The notes below the pieces were generated by a model. It was not told the origin of the DNA, ran no database searches, and saw only the letters and a list, made by a program, of their open reading frames with translations. DNA of 64,000 nucleotides, taken from the sequence record NC_061444.1, one strand, 5' to 3'. The position numbers and the translations under genes are program-made. This document shows, piece by piece, positions 1-9,127 of this stretch (positions are counted from its first letter, which is position 1; each line of letters starts with the position of its first letter).

Positions 1-1053
1 TAGTTCATTTACAGAATTAAGGCTTTCAACAAGAGCGCAAGGGATGTTGTACGCAGCGAACTCCCTCTTAATGATGTTGAGCTGGCTGGACTTCATGTCC
101 CAGTTTACACCAACAACATAGCACGCCTGTTTCAACTTGCTCGGCATGTTTTGAAAACCACCGCCAATCTCAAACAGTCGCCCGCCTTTAGTCGCAACTT
201 TATAGGCCGGCCAGTATCTGATTGTCAGAGGATCTTCGTCAACAATCTCAATCGGCCCAGACAGAATAGAATCCAGCAGATACATCGCCTGTTGAAATTT
301 CTTCTGGTCTTTCTTGTTGTTACGCAAGGACATTTGCTCAAGGAAAGCAAGTATCGGTTCGATTAAGATTTCATTCGGTGCTAAAACATCTAACACCTGT
401 TTGTAATAGCGTTTGACCTCACGGCCCGAGTTTTTGTCGATGGGACTCAGGTCATGTTTACGCATCGTGAATTTCTTCTTCGCTGCCGCGTGGATGCGCT
501 CGATTATCGTATGCCCGAAACGAGACTGAGGTGCTTTCAGTGGACTATATAGCCGCACAGTATTGAGCAAATCATATCGCGTTCTCGGTACGACAGGGTA
601 CATCTGCTCAAGGTGGAATCGCTTAACACGATACTCCCGACATTTCCCAGGCTGACCATTCTTGCCCAGCTTCTTACGCTTAACGTCAAATACGTTTTCG
701 ATTAACCAGTCAAGGGCCCTATTGAACTGATTAGAACCTCTTTTCTGTTTCGACGCAGCAACAGCACCTGTTTTCAGTCGATAATCCCCGAAAACTAGCG
801 GCAGAACAGATCGCCCGTACGAATAACTGAATGGACAGAACGTTTCCCCGAACAGCTCGCCCCTGTTACGCTTAGAGCGATAGATAGACACGTTAAGCAC
901 ATGCCAGAAGAACAGGTTGATTTGCTCCCTGAACTCCTTTTCGTTCTCTGCCGGGCCTTCGTACGGACAGGCAAAGACTATGTTATCTCGTACCCATTGA
1001 ATTGCTTGAAGCTCTTGGTACGAGGGATTTTTAATTAGAAATGGCTGACTCAT
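1..1053 (-). CDS. Window-truncated ORF (>=351 aa) with a family-A polymerase / TV-Pol-like motif-A region
   Basis: Manual translation is stop-free from ATG 1053 to base 1 (MSQPFLIKNPSY...). It contains GGRLFEIGGGFQNMPSKLKQACYVVGVNWDMKSSQLNII, resembling the PolA GRL..nlQN.P pre-motif and motif-A Asp. Missing from the ORF track because it runs off the window. Confidence 0.6.
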   Translation of the reverse strand, partial: MSQPFLIKNPSYQELQAIQWVRDNIVFACPYEGPAENEKEFREQINLFFWHVLNVSIYRSKRNRGELFGETFCPFSYSYGRSVLPLVFGDYRLKTGAVAASKQKRGSNQFNRALDWLIENVFDVKRKKLGKNGQPGKCREYRVKRFHLEQMYPVVPRTRYDLLNTVRLYSPLKAPQSRFGHTIIERIHAAAKKKFTMRKHDLSPIDKNSGREVKRYYKQVLDVLAPNEILIEPILAFLEQMSLRNNKKDQKKFQQAMYLLDSILSGPIEIVDEDPLTIRYWPAYKVATKGGRLFEIGGGFQNMPSKLKQACYVVGVNWDMKSSQLNIIKREFAAYNIPCALVESLNSVNEL

Positions 1054-1100
1054 TGCCTTTTCATACCCATATCTCGATCCTTGCTTCTTTTTCTATAGGT

Positions 1101-1110
1101 TCTTTACAGA
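1101..1110 (-). promoter_or_regulatory. TCTGTAAAGA, variant of putative phage-sigma promoter motif
   Basis: One mismatch to TCTGTAAATA; 47 nt upstream of ATG 1053. Confidence 0.35.
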
Positions 1111-1440
1111 ATCAACTTATCAACCCTTACAAACCTTGTACCGTCAACTATCCTCGCTTGGCTCGCTCTGGATGGCGAGGTCAGGACGGCTAGGTACGGC
1201 TTGGAACTGATCGATAACATACAGGGCTATAGTACACTGCGGTAAAAAAGACCTGACCTGCGAAAAACGCTATGATCTGCGTGTCTACAGTGGTCAAAAT
1301 AGCCCTATATTGAAAAAATAGCCGCAAAAAGATCTCGCCGATTCCGTGTAATTTGGGCGTGTTTTTTGAACCCCCACCCACGGAGCGCTTAAAACGCAAA
1401 TCTACCCAAAATCGGTTAATCTTTATCCAGATATTTTGAG

Positions 1441-2073
1441 TCATTTTTTCTGCGAAACGCGCTTCCCTAACTTCACTCCAATCTGCGTCAGGATGCGCTT
1501 AACGGTCTCTCCGTCGTGCTCCGCCATAGCGTTTGCGAGCCTTTCGCCCTGTTCGCGCGATAGCTCAGGCATAATCATTTTGAGCATCTGCGAGCGCATT
1601 TTAGCAGACTTTGAGCGCCCTTTCGATATTGAAACACCAGCCTCGTCGAGTTCCTCTGCTACGCGACTCATGGTGCGCTGCACACGACGATCAGCGAAGA
1701 TATCAGCGAATAAACTGCCGAACAACTGCTTAAAGTTGCCCTGTGCGTTAGGGAAACCTCCCGTTTGTGTGCAGTGCGTAGATTCAACCTGATTCGTTGT
1801 GCGTCCACCAGCACGGAAGTTCTCGTCAGGGCGCGACGCTTTACCCTCTGCACCCGGCTTAGTGTTGCCGTTACGCAGATCAGCATCGCCTTCGACAGCT
1901 TTATCCGGGTCAAACATGTCGTCAGCTTTCGCGCTTTGATTAGCGTCGAACGGAATCTTACCTGTCAGCTTATTCGGGTCTGGCCAACTGTCAGGGATAT
2001 CTGATGCAGGCTGCGCCTTGTTTGTCATATCACCATTCGCTGCGCTGTTCAAACTGATCATGATACGTGCCAT
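1441..2073 (-). CDS. Hypothetical protein (210 aa), N-terminal MARIMISLNS
   Basis: ORF 1441..2121; start moved to the ATG after the AGGAG RBS. Confidence 0.75.
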   Translation of the reverse strand: MARIMISLNSAANGDMTNKAQPASDIPDSWPDPNKLTGKIPFDANQSAKADDMFDPDKAVEGDADLRNGNTKPGAEGKASRPDENFRAGGRTTNQVESTHCTQTGGFPNAQGNFKQLFGSLFADIFADRRVQRTMSRVAEELDEAGVSISKGRSKSAKMRSQMLKMIMPELSREQGERLANAMAEHDGETVKRILTQIGVKLGKRVSQKK

Positions 2074-2083
2074 TGTCTTTCTC

Positions 2084-3193
2084 CTAGAGAATTTTGAAGC
2101 CTTTGAAAATGTTGTACGCAATCTCTTTGCGCTGTACAGGACGAGTGGTACACACCCATTCCCACTGATCGTTTTTCGCTGTGCGTTTCTTCGGTGCTTC
2201 CATCACTTTCAGCACGTAGTTTTTGAAAGGCAGAACGAGAATGTCTTCTGGTTCAATCGCACCGCTACGCGCGGGCAGCACGACTGTGATGTTACCGACA
2301 GTCAGCTCCTGATCGTAGTTCAACACGTTTGCTTCTTCGCTGATGTTACCTCGAACAGGAGGCACACCCAGGTCAAAGATCATTGTGCAGTGCGTGAACG
2401 CCTCAACGCCTCTGACGCGAATCGTTACGTGCTTGCCACGCCACGGTTCAAGGTTCTTCGCTGTCAGTTCGACTTCAACGCCGTTAACTAGCAGCATAGG
2501 ACGTGGAAAAGCAGGTAACATACTTTCGTTTAGACGTACCGAATAAGTCGCCTGAGTAAAGTATTTTGGGATAAGCTGATCAAAATCAGCATAGCCGTCT
2601 TTGCGTTGCTGTCTGAATGTTGCAGGGCTGGTGGACTGATCGAGCGTATAGCCTGTCAGCGCCTTGACGTGATGGTGTGTTGCGATGTTGTAGATATAAC
2701 CTGTGCTCACGAACCCAGGCACAACACCCTGACGGAAACAGATGCCGCAGTTCGCAACGTTACCACCATCCCATTTGACGTCGAACTCCTCACCGCTGTC
2801 AACGCCCATAATGTCTGCTGCATCCATGACCGCGTTCATACCGTCATCAATATCATCGAGAGAAACTGCTTGACGCCCACCGCCAAACATTCCCTTTGAT
2901 ACTGTGCCGATCTTAACGCCGCCGTTCATCGCGTCAGACTCACGACCAAGAGATTTCATTCCGGACGGGATGTTGTCCATGATATCGTTCTCAACCTTGT
3001 TGCAACTACAGGTGAGACCCATCTTTGCTTTCTTGAAGATAACGATATCGGCAGCATCAACCTGCAATGCCTGTTCGACTTTTGACTGCACTACCTTCTG
3101 GACAGAATCAAGACGTCGTTGGACGCGCTCCGTTTCGTAGGTCTTGTGCCTGTCATAAGTATTTCGTGGTCTTCCACGTTCAATCCAGCTCAT
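2084..3193 (-). CDS. Hypothetical protein, possibly virion head-completion/neck type
   Basis: 369-aa ORF with RBS; CSC...CGIC...G..PG Cys motif and beta-rich C-terminus. Function is a guess. Confidence 0.6.
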   Translation of the reverse strand: MSWIERGRPRNTYDRHKTYETERVQRRLDSVQKVVQSKVEQALQVDAADIVIFKKAKMGLTCSCNKVENDIMDNIPSGMKSLGRESDAMNGGVKIGTVSKGMFGGGRQAVSLDDIDDGMNAVMDAADIMGVDSGEEFDVKWDGGNVANCGICFRQGVVPGFVSTGYIYNIATHHHVKALTGYTLDQSTSPATFRQQRKDGYADFDQLIPKYFTQATYSVRLNESMLPAFPRPMLLVNGVEVELTAKNLEPWRGKHVTIRVRGVEAFTHCTMIFDLGVPPVRGNISEEANVLNYDQELTVGNITVVLPARSGAIEPEDILVLPFKNYVLKVMEAPKKRTAKNDQWEWVCTTRPVQRKEIAYNIFKGFKIL

Positions 3194-3292
3194 AGAAGTT
3201 CTCCTCTGTGTGTTTGAAATTAGTGAGAAGAAAATTTCAACCTTCAGCCTGATAAATACTTATTTATAGCATGTTAAATCACGGAGCCTAAC

Positions 3293-3841
3293 ATGCGTAT
3301 TCTATCAGGCGACCCGGGAAAGGTTAACTTCGCGTTGTCTGTTCAGGAGTTTAAGGACAATCGCATTAACATACTCGGTACGCGGATGTTTCAACATCCT
3401 ATTCAAAATCTTCATTACGATATGCGCCAGCCTGTCAAAGAGTTCACGAAAGAGCTTGAAGACATATGGAAGCGCTATGGACCGTTTGATGCGATGTGCT
3501 TCGAGCGTTTCCAATCGCGTGGTCTAGGCGGCAACACCATTGAAGCAATCTCGCTCATGCTTGGTGTGCTATCGGTGTTCGCACTGAAAAAGAATTGCCC
3601 TATCGATCTGATAACGGCAAGTCAGTGGAAGAATGCGTTCAACCGCACGATGAACCTCAAAGAGTATTACGCGCATTACAACCTGACGTCCAAAAAGAGT
3701 CGCAAAGCGATTCACGAATTTGATGCAAGCCTTATCGGCATGTATACCTTCTACCGCCACACGAACCGGAAACCTTTCGTAGGCTTCAACAGAATCGTTG
3801 ATGTGTACGTTCCGAAGTTCTTGGCTGCACCTGTACTGTGA
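3293..3841 (+). CDS. RuvC-like Holliday junction resolvase
   Basis: RNase H-fold acidic residues: ILSGDPGKVNFA, FERFQ, HEFDASLIG. Confidence 0.8.
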   Translation: MRILSGDPGKVNFALSVQEFKDNRINILGTRMFQHPIQNLHYDMRQPVKEFTKELEDIWKRYGPFDAMCFERFQSRGLGGNTIEAISLMLGVLSVFALKKNCPIDLITASQWKNAFNRTMNLKEYYAHYNLTSKKSRKAIHEFDASLIGMYTFYRHTNRKPFVGFNRIVDVYVPKFLAAPVL

Positions 3842-3848
3842 GGCAAAC

Positions 3849-4214
3849 ATGGAACACGAACAACTGCTTTCTCTCGTTAACGATGTAGTGTCCGAATTCG
3901 GCACACCGGTATACCTCGATCGTGGTCAGGTAGGAGAGAATAGTCGCACGTATGCTACAATCGAAACGCTGATCAATGTGCGCTCTGACGCGCAGGGCAC
4001 TACCCTTCTGCAAGATCTGAAAGCGAAGATCGCAGAGCACATTGAAATGCTGCGTACCGAAGGTGCAACGCGCTCTATCGACGGAGCTGTTCAGCGTCTG
4101 ACGCTTGTTACGCAAGCTCCGAAGTTTACCTATCGTGACCCGTCCGTGAATGAAATTCCAAACGGTGTGCTGTACTCGGTCTCAATTGGTTTCCCCGCAT
4201 ATGTAGCCGAGTAA
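3849..4214 (+). CDS. Hypothetical protein (121 aa)
   Basis: ORF; ATG after GAGG RBS. Confidence 0.7.
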   Translation: MEHEQLLSLVNDVVSEFGTPVYLDRGQVGENSRTYATIETLINVRSDAQGTTLLQDLKAKIAEHIEMLRTEGATRSIDGAVQRLTLVTQAPKFTYRDPSVNEIPNGVLYSVSIGFPAYVAE

Positions 4215-4224
4215 TCTGTAAATA
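4215..4224 (+). promoter_or_regulatory. TCTGTAAATA putative phage-sigma promoter motif
   Basis: Exact copy, 36 nt upstream of ATG 4261. Confidence 0.55.
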
Positions 4225-4260
4225 TCCTTACTTGGTTAACGTGGCTTGTGGGATATAGAA

Positions 4261-4956
4261 ATGGCGAAGTTGAAGAAAGAACGAGAAGTCAAAGTTAAGG
4301 CGTCGAAAGAGAAGAAGCCTGCTGCGACAAAGAAAACAAAGAAAGCAAAATCTAAAGCAGTTCCTATTCGCGTTGTGACGGACATGCGTCCAATCATTCA
4401 CTGCCCTGAAATGGAAGACAAGCCTCAACCGTTTCGTTTTCGCGGACAGTGTCCGATTACCACCTGTCAGTATTGCACACGCGAAACGCCTACTGGATGT
4501 ATGGCGCTCGACCGCAAAGAAGCTGCTGACCGTTCAATCTCTAACAGGGAGATCGCTTATTACAAACGTGGCCTCTTCCCGGAACTCAAGGAGATGGATC
4601 AAAAGCAGTTGGACAATACGATTCGACGCGCACAAAATCGTACCCGTACTGCTATCTGTCTTACTATGTTTATTGCCGGGATTGATGATTCTGATTGCGA
4701 TAGGTCTTTTGAGTACGTAGAAGGCCGCAGTCGCATTGTCGATCAAGTCCACAACTATCTGGTGCAGACGTTCAATGATTACCGTCCGTGGATGCTGGCG
4801 TATCTCGACGATGAAGAACGATTTGCTAAGATGGTGGGCAAGATAACCAATTCTGACTTTAATTTAGGTATGGCACTGCGGTTAACGCCTCGTAAGTATC
4901 AGACGTTCTGCCAGTCGCTGCAAAACCTTAAACAATCTGGAGACTCCAATGAGTGA
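4261..4956 (+). CDS. Hypothetical protein with Lys-rich N-terminus and Cys cluster
   Basis: ORF; CPITTCQYC...GC possible Zn site. Confidence 0.7.
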   Translation: MAKLKKEREVKVKASKEKKPAATKKTKKAKSKAVPIRVVTDMRPIIHCPEMEDKPQPFRFRGQCPITTCQYCTRETPTGCMALDRKEAADRSISNREIAYYKRGLFPELKEMDQKQLDNTIRRAQNRTRTAICLTMFIAGIDDSDCDRSFEYVEGRSRIVDQVHNYLVQTFNDYRPWMLAYLDDEERFAKMVGKITNSDFNLGMALRLTPRKYQTFCQSLQNLKQSGDSNE

Positions 4957-6718
4957 TTTTATCTCTCTCGATCAGTATCGCGCTATCCTTAAGCGCAACA
5001 TCCTGAGCGAGCCTCAGATGCTGGTGAAGAACCAAACCCAACCGCTGGGTCAAATCTCTTTCCAGTGTCCGGGTGACAACTTCAAAATGAAGGACGTCAT
5101 CATCCCTGCGACTCCGAACGCTGTTGACCTGACGCAGCAAGCACCGTTAGAAAATCTTCTGGCGTGTAGTCAACTGAAATCTCTGATCGATTTGCAGCGC
5201 GTTGTGCTGCTGAACCCTGACGATATGCCACAACCGGGCAAAGGTATTTCTCAGCCTACTCTGTCTCAGCCTCCTGTCGCTGGTGCACTGTCTGTTGACG
5301 GTACAACTATTCCGAATGCGACTGTGATCGTTGAACAGAACGGTAACGTCTGGACAGGTACTTCTAACGGCGCTGGCGTATTCACTGTTAACGTGTCTGG
5401 TCTGCAACAGGGTGCGTTCTCTATCACTGTCACTGCTGACGGTTTCACACCTGCTCGTTACAACTACGAAGCTGGTGAACAGCCGCTGCAACCAATGCCT
5501 GAACCGACTGTACACGCTGTCTTTAACGAGACTACTGTTTCGGGATCGACTGTTGCGAATGCTAATATCGTTGTAACTGTTGCGAGCAAAGCATTCACTG
5601 GTCAGGCTGATGATCAGGGTGCGTTCTCTATCAACGTTGACCCACTGCCGTTCGACACTATTCATCTGGCCATCGACGCTGCTGGCTATCTGATTAAACA
5701 GGTTGCTGTAGTTGTCGATAGCGTTCCGGGCATTGCGCAGATTAACAGCGCTGCTTTCCTGTCTACCTCTCTGGCAGGTAAAGCAAACCCTAACGGTGAA
5801 GTCGAAATCCTGATCGACGGTCAGTCTAACCAGTTCGTTACTGCTGATGCTCAGGGCAACTGGACTGCAACTGTTGGTGCAATCAAAGGCGCTGTGTCTA
5901 TTCGTGCTGTTGAGATTGACGGCTACGATGAAGCAACTGCGACATTGCAACCGACTAAACTCCAGTTCGGCGCTATCGCTGTTGACGATGCAGATGCGTT
6001 CGGTGAGACTCGTACCGTTGTGTCTGGTACTATCGCTGGACTGAATCCAGAAGCGAATGATATCGCTGTCACCGTAACTGTTCAGGCGGGCGTGTACGAA
6101 GGTACAGTCAATCTGGGCGCGGGTACTTTCAACATCGCTGGTGTTGATGCGAAAGCTGGTATCGGTGCGACGGGCGTTGTTAACGTAACCTCTGCGTTCT
6201 ACGCAGATGGTTCAACGTCGTTCACGATTCTGGAAGAGTTTGCTGCTCCTACTCTGGAGCAAGCAGTTGATGGACAAACAGCGGTTGTCGGTAATACCGC
6301 TGCAAGCACGACTGTCAAAGTGACCATGAACGGTGAAACCAAAACTGCGTCTTCAAACCCGCAGGGTGCGTTCTCTGTTGAAGGCTTCACAAATGTTGTG
6401 CCGGGCCCAGTTACTATCGAACTGTCTCGCGCTCAATATCTGACAGCTTCCTTCGAAGTTACTCAGGTCGTACAGGCTCGCGGTGAGCTTGACGCTGATC
6501 TGAAAGCTGGCGAAGATACTGCTACAGGTTTAGCAACCCCAGGTTCCACTGTGTCTCTGACTCAGGGTAGTGTTACCGGTGATGCTGTAGCAGACGCGAG
6601 CACTGGCGAGTTCATCATTACTCTGTCAGGTGCTCTGGTCGAGGGACAAGCCACGCTGACTGTTAAACATGCGGGCTACGTTGACTTCACTGACACTTTG
6701 GCTGTCGCTACAGCTTAA
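4949..6718 (+). CDS. Ig-like repeat protein (probable virion surface/decoration protein)
   Basis: 589 aa; about six 80-aa Thr/Val/Gly/Ala-rich beta repeats (G...pnatv.v......tad.qG.Fsi.v). Confidence 0.75.
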   Translation: MSDFISLDQYRAILKRNILSEPQMLVKNQTQPLGQISFQCPGDNFKMKDVIIPATPNAVDLTQQAPLENLLACSQLKSLIDLQRVVLLNPDDMPQPGKGISQPTLSQPPVAGALSVDGTTIPNATVIVEQNGNVWTGTSNGAGVFTVNVSGLQQGAFSITVTADGFTPARYNYEAGEQPLQPMPEPTVHAVFNETTVSGSTVANANIVVTVASKAFTGQADDQGAFSINVDPLPFDTIHLAIDAAGYLIKQVAVVVDSVPGIAQINSAAFLSTSLAGKANPNGEVEILIDGQSNQFVTADAQGNWTATVGAIKGAVSIRAVEIDGYDEATATLQPTKLQFGAIAVDDADAFGETRTVVSGTIAGLNPEANDIAVTVTVQAGVYEGTVNLGAGTFNIAGVDAKAGIGATGVVNVTSAFYADGSTSFTILEEFAAPTLEQAVDGQTAVVGNTAASTTVKVTMNGETKTASSNPQGAFSVEGFTNVVPGPVTIELSRAQYLTASFEVTQVVQARGELDADLKAGEDTATGLATPGSTVSLTQGSVTGDAVADASTGEFIITLSGALVEGQATLTVKHAGYVDFTDTLAVATA

Positions 6719-6725
6719 TCCTTTA

Positions 6726-6743
6726 TAGGGGCTTCGGCCCCTA
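6726..6743 (+). terminator. Stem-loop with TTCG loop
   Basis: TAGGGGC-TTCG-GCCCCTA after stop; weak U-tract. Confidence 0.5.
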
Positions 6744-6769
6744 ATAGAACTGAAATTCGGAGAATTACC

Positions 6770-7432
6770 ATGAGTACGAAAAAGAATAGCAACACCACTG
6801 TTAAGCCGATCACTCTCGCAACTTACAACGAACGTTACGGCGATGACGTTGTAGCTCCTATGTATGTTGCAAACCGTACTGAGCCTCGCGGTAACGTAGC
6901 GTTCAGCGCGAAAGATGATCTGGGCCAGCCTGTTGCTGTTGTTGTACCGGCAACCTTCATCCCTGTCGATCTGACTCAGCAAGCAACCAAAGCAAGCCTG
7001 CTGCAATCTACTCACCTGCGTCGTGCGCTGCGTATGAACCAGCTGGTGATCATCGACACTAAGAGCGCGGAAGAATATCTGCGCACAAGTTCTCTGGCGC
7101 AAGCTGAGATGCGTAACCTGAACAAGATGAACGCGTCTATCGCTGCTGATCTGTTGGAGAACGAAGGCGAGCTGGCTGAAATCGATCTGGGTGGCGGTGG
7201 CCGTAAGAAAGAGATTCACTTCGAAGGTGCAGAACAGCATTCTGAAAACCAGTTCGTTAACGCATTCATTCTGCGCGCCGCATCTGACAGCGAAGAATCA
7301 GACGACAACCTGGTTCGTGAGTTCCTGTCTCGCGGTATCAACCTGCCAGTTGCAGAGCTGAAAATTCTGCGTGAGCACATCACTCGTCCTGCAATCGTTG
7401 ACCTGATCGTTCAGGCTCTCGACGACGCGTAA
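6770..7432 (+). CDS. Hypothetical protein sharing a domain with the N-terminus of 4949..6718
   Basis: VVVPATFIPVDLTQQA here vs VIIPATPNAVDLTQQA. Confidence 0.8.
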   Translation: MSTKKNSNTTVKPITLATYNERYGDDVVAPMYVANRTEPRGNVAFSAKDDLGQPVAVVVPATFIPVDLTQQATKASLLQSTHLRRALRMNQLVIIDTKSAEEYLRTSSLAQAEMRNLNKMNASIAADLLENEGELAEIDLGGGGRKKEIHFEGAEQHSENQFVNAFILRAASDSEESDDNLVREFLSRGINLPVAELKILREHITRPAIVDLIVQALDDA

Positions 7433-7447
7433 TCGCTGGCTCAAGAC

Positions 7448-7485
7448 AAAAAAATGGGAGGCCCCGAAAGGAGTCTCCCATTTTT
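7448..7485. terminator. Bidirectional intrinsic terminator
   Basis: A-run, ATGGGAGGCCCC-GAAA-GGAGTCTCCCAT stem, T-run, between convergent genes. Confidence 0.8.
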
Positions 7486-7486
7486 A

Positions 7487-7666
7487 TTACTGCTGCTGTT
7501 CTGTTTGCTTGCGTAAGCGATCAAGAAACGCCGATGATTCGCCTGGCTTAATCAATCGCGGTTCAACTTTGATGCGGTTGATCAGACGCTGCATACGACG
7601 AATACTACGACTGCGTAAATCATCGAGCGTGTGTTGCTTGTACTGCTTCCTGAACTTCAAAGCCAT
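7487..7666 (-). CDS. Small basic protein (59 aa), not in ORF track
   Basis: MALKFRKQYKQHTLDDLRSRS...EQQQ; AAGGA RBS; fills the gap between primase and terminator. Confidence 0.65.
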   Translation of the reverse strand: MALKFRKQYKQHTLDDLRSRSIRRMQRLINRIKVEPRLIKPGESSAFLDRLRKQTEQQQ

Positions 7667-7667
7667 T

Positions 7668-8726
7668 CTATTTTCCTTTCTTCTCTATTGCTTTAGGACG
7701 ATTCCAGCCCAACGCTTTCGCTGGCATGATACATTTCTTACCGTGAATGTTTCGCAGTGTCATTCGAACTTCTTTGATTAACTCGAATGGTGCGTTATCA
7801 GGGTCGAGCTTAATCAGCTTACCATCTTCATCAAAATCACGAGGTAACTTGAAGTGCTTGACCGGTACTGGTGAGTTGCGCTCGAACTCCTCTTTGATCT
7901 TTGTACGCAACAACTTCCCGCCACCGTCGTTATCTGTCATCGTATAGACAACACTCACGCCCAGCATCTCAATCGTTCTGCGTTTCGTTTCACCGAACTG
8001 CTCTGCACCAAGAACTGCCAAAGCAGGTATGCCATAAGATAAAAGAGCAAGCGCATCACGAGGACCTTCGACAAGTACAATGTAACGCAACTTGTATTTC
8101 TTCAAACACTCTTTCACAAGCGGTAACGGGAATAGACCTTTATCTTTTGCCCAATCACCTTGCGAGTTCACATAGCTGGTGCCGTTCATTTGCTTACGCA
8201 GATAAGCTGCAATCCCACCTATGTATTTCGTACCGTGCTTACACGGAAAGAAGCAAACGTTCGTACCTGTGTGCTGTGCGTTAAGCAGACCACCAGCAGC
8301 ACGAACAAGCGCCCCCGGATATCCACGCCACTCAACATCGAGCGGCCACTCCATGTAAGACTTACGACCGAGAGCTTTCATCAACAGACCGACAGAAGGA
8401 TAAGTACCAATCTTCGAACCAATCTGCTCATACGTTTTGAGCAACGCACTAAGCGAGTTCGAGCCAGCGTCTTTCAACGCCCAGCCTTTAATCTCTTGAA
8501 GTCTCGCGTGTGCCGCTAATTTGTTCCAACCGCCTTTCTCACCACAACCGAAGCAGTGGAAGAAACCGAGAGGAATCTCCATCCCTACAGAAGTGTAAAT
8601 ACCACAACTAGGGGTCTTGTCACTGTGAAAAGGACAGCACACCATAACAGTGTCGCCGTTATATTTCTTGTCGCCCGGCAATTTGCCGATCTCGTCAAGT
8701 ATTATCTGATGGACATCTTCTGCCAT
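7668..8726 (-). CDS. DNA primase (DnaG-like, Zn-finger plus TOPRIM)
   Basis: CPFH.D..PSC...FHCFGCG Zn finger; TOPRIM LVEGPRDAL and TDND. Confidence 0.9.
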   Translation of the reverse strand: MAEDVHQIILDEIGKLPGDKKYNGDTVMVCCPFHSDKTPSCGIYTSVGMEIPLGFFHCFGCGEKGGWNKLAAHARLQEIKGWALKDAGSNSLSALLKTYEQIGSKIGTYPSVGLLMKALGRKSYMEWPLDVEWRGYPGALVRAAGGLLNAQHTGTNVCFFPCKHGTKYIGGIAAYLRKQMNGTSYVNSQGDWAKDKGLFPLPLVKECLKKYKLRYIVLVEGPRDALALLSYGIPALAVLGAEQFGETKRRTIEMLGVSVVYTMTDNDGGGKLLRTKIKEEFERNSPVPVKHFKLPRDFDEDGKLIKLDPDNAPFELIKEVRMTLRNIHGKKCIMPAKALGWNRPKAIEKKGK

Positions 8727-8765
8727 ACCATCCTCTATTCATTTCGTAATTTACGCATATAAGCA

Positions 8766-8775
8766 TATTTACAGA
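8766..8775 (-). promoter_or_regulatory. TCTGTAAATA putative phage-sigma promoter motif
   Basis: Exact copy on minus strand, about 40 nt upstream of primase ATG. Confidence 0.55.
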
Positions 8776-8791
8776 TAAAGGAATAACTAGA

Positions 8792-9127
8792 ATGGGTAAT
8801 CCACATCGCTACGTGCATACTGCTGTACGGCGCTTTTACGATAAGCACTGGTTACAGCTATGTGACTTGATACGAGTTGAACCTCAGACTTTAGGTGCGT
8901 TCAATACGCAGGGTGATATGATTGGCCTGTCGCTGCCTGTTGACACTGACGTTGAAGCACTGACCAAGAGTCTTCGCCTGATGTACGCAACCAAGGAAGA
9001 AGGTGTAGAAGTGCGTTCATACCTGTTTGGTACTCGCTACTACAAGTTCGTATTTTTCAAAGGCATGATTGCCGTAAGCGAGGATGACAATGAGAACGTT
9101 CGCAAACGTACCAGCGCGAGTCAATGA
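8792..9127 (+). CDS. Hypothetical protein
   Basis: 111-aa ORF with AAGGA RBS. Confidence 0.7.
   Translation: MGNPHRYVHTAVRRFYDKHWLQLCDLIRVEPQTLGAFNTQGDMIGLSLPVDTDVEALTKSLRLMYATKEEGVEVRSYLFGTRYYKFVFFKGMIAVSEDDNENVRKRTSASQ

Noticed and set aside
1190-1444. 84-aa minus-strand ORF
   Set aside because: No clear RBS and atypical composition; the region is treated as non-coding.
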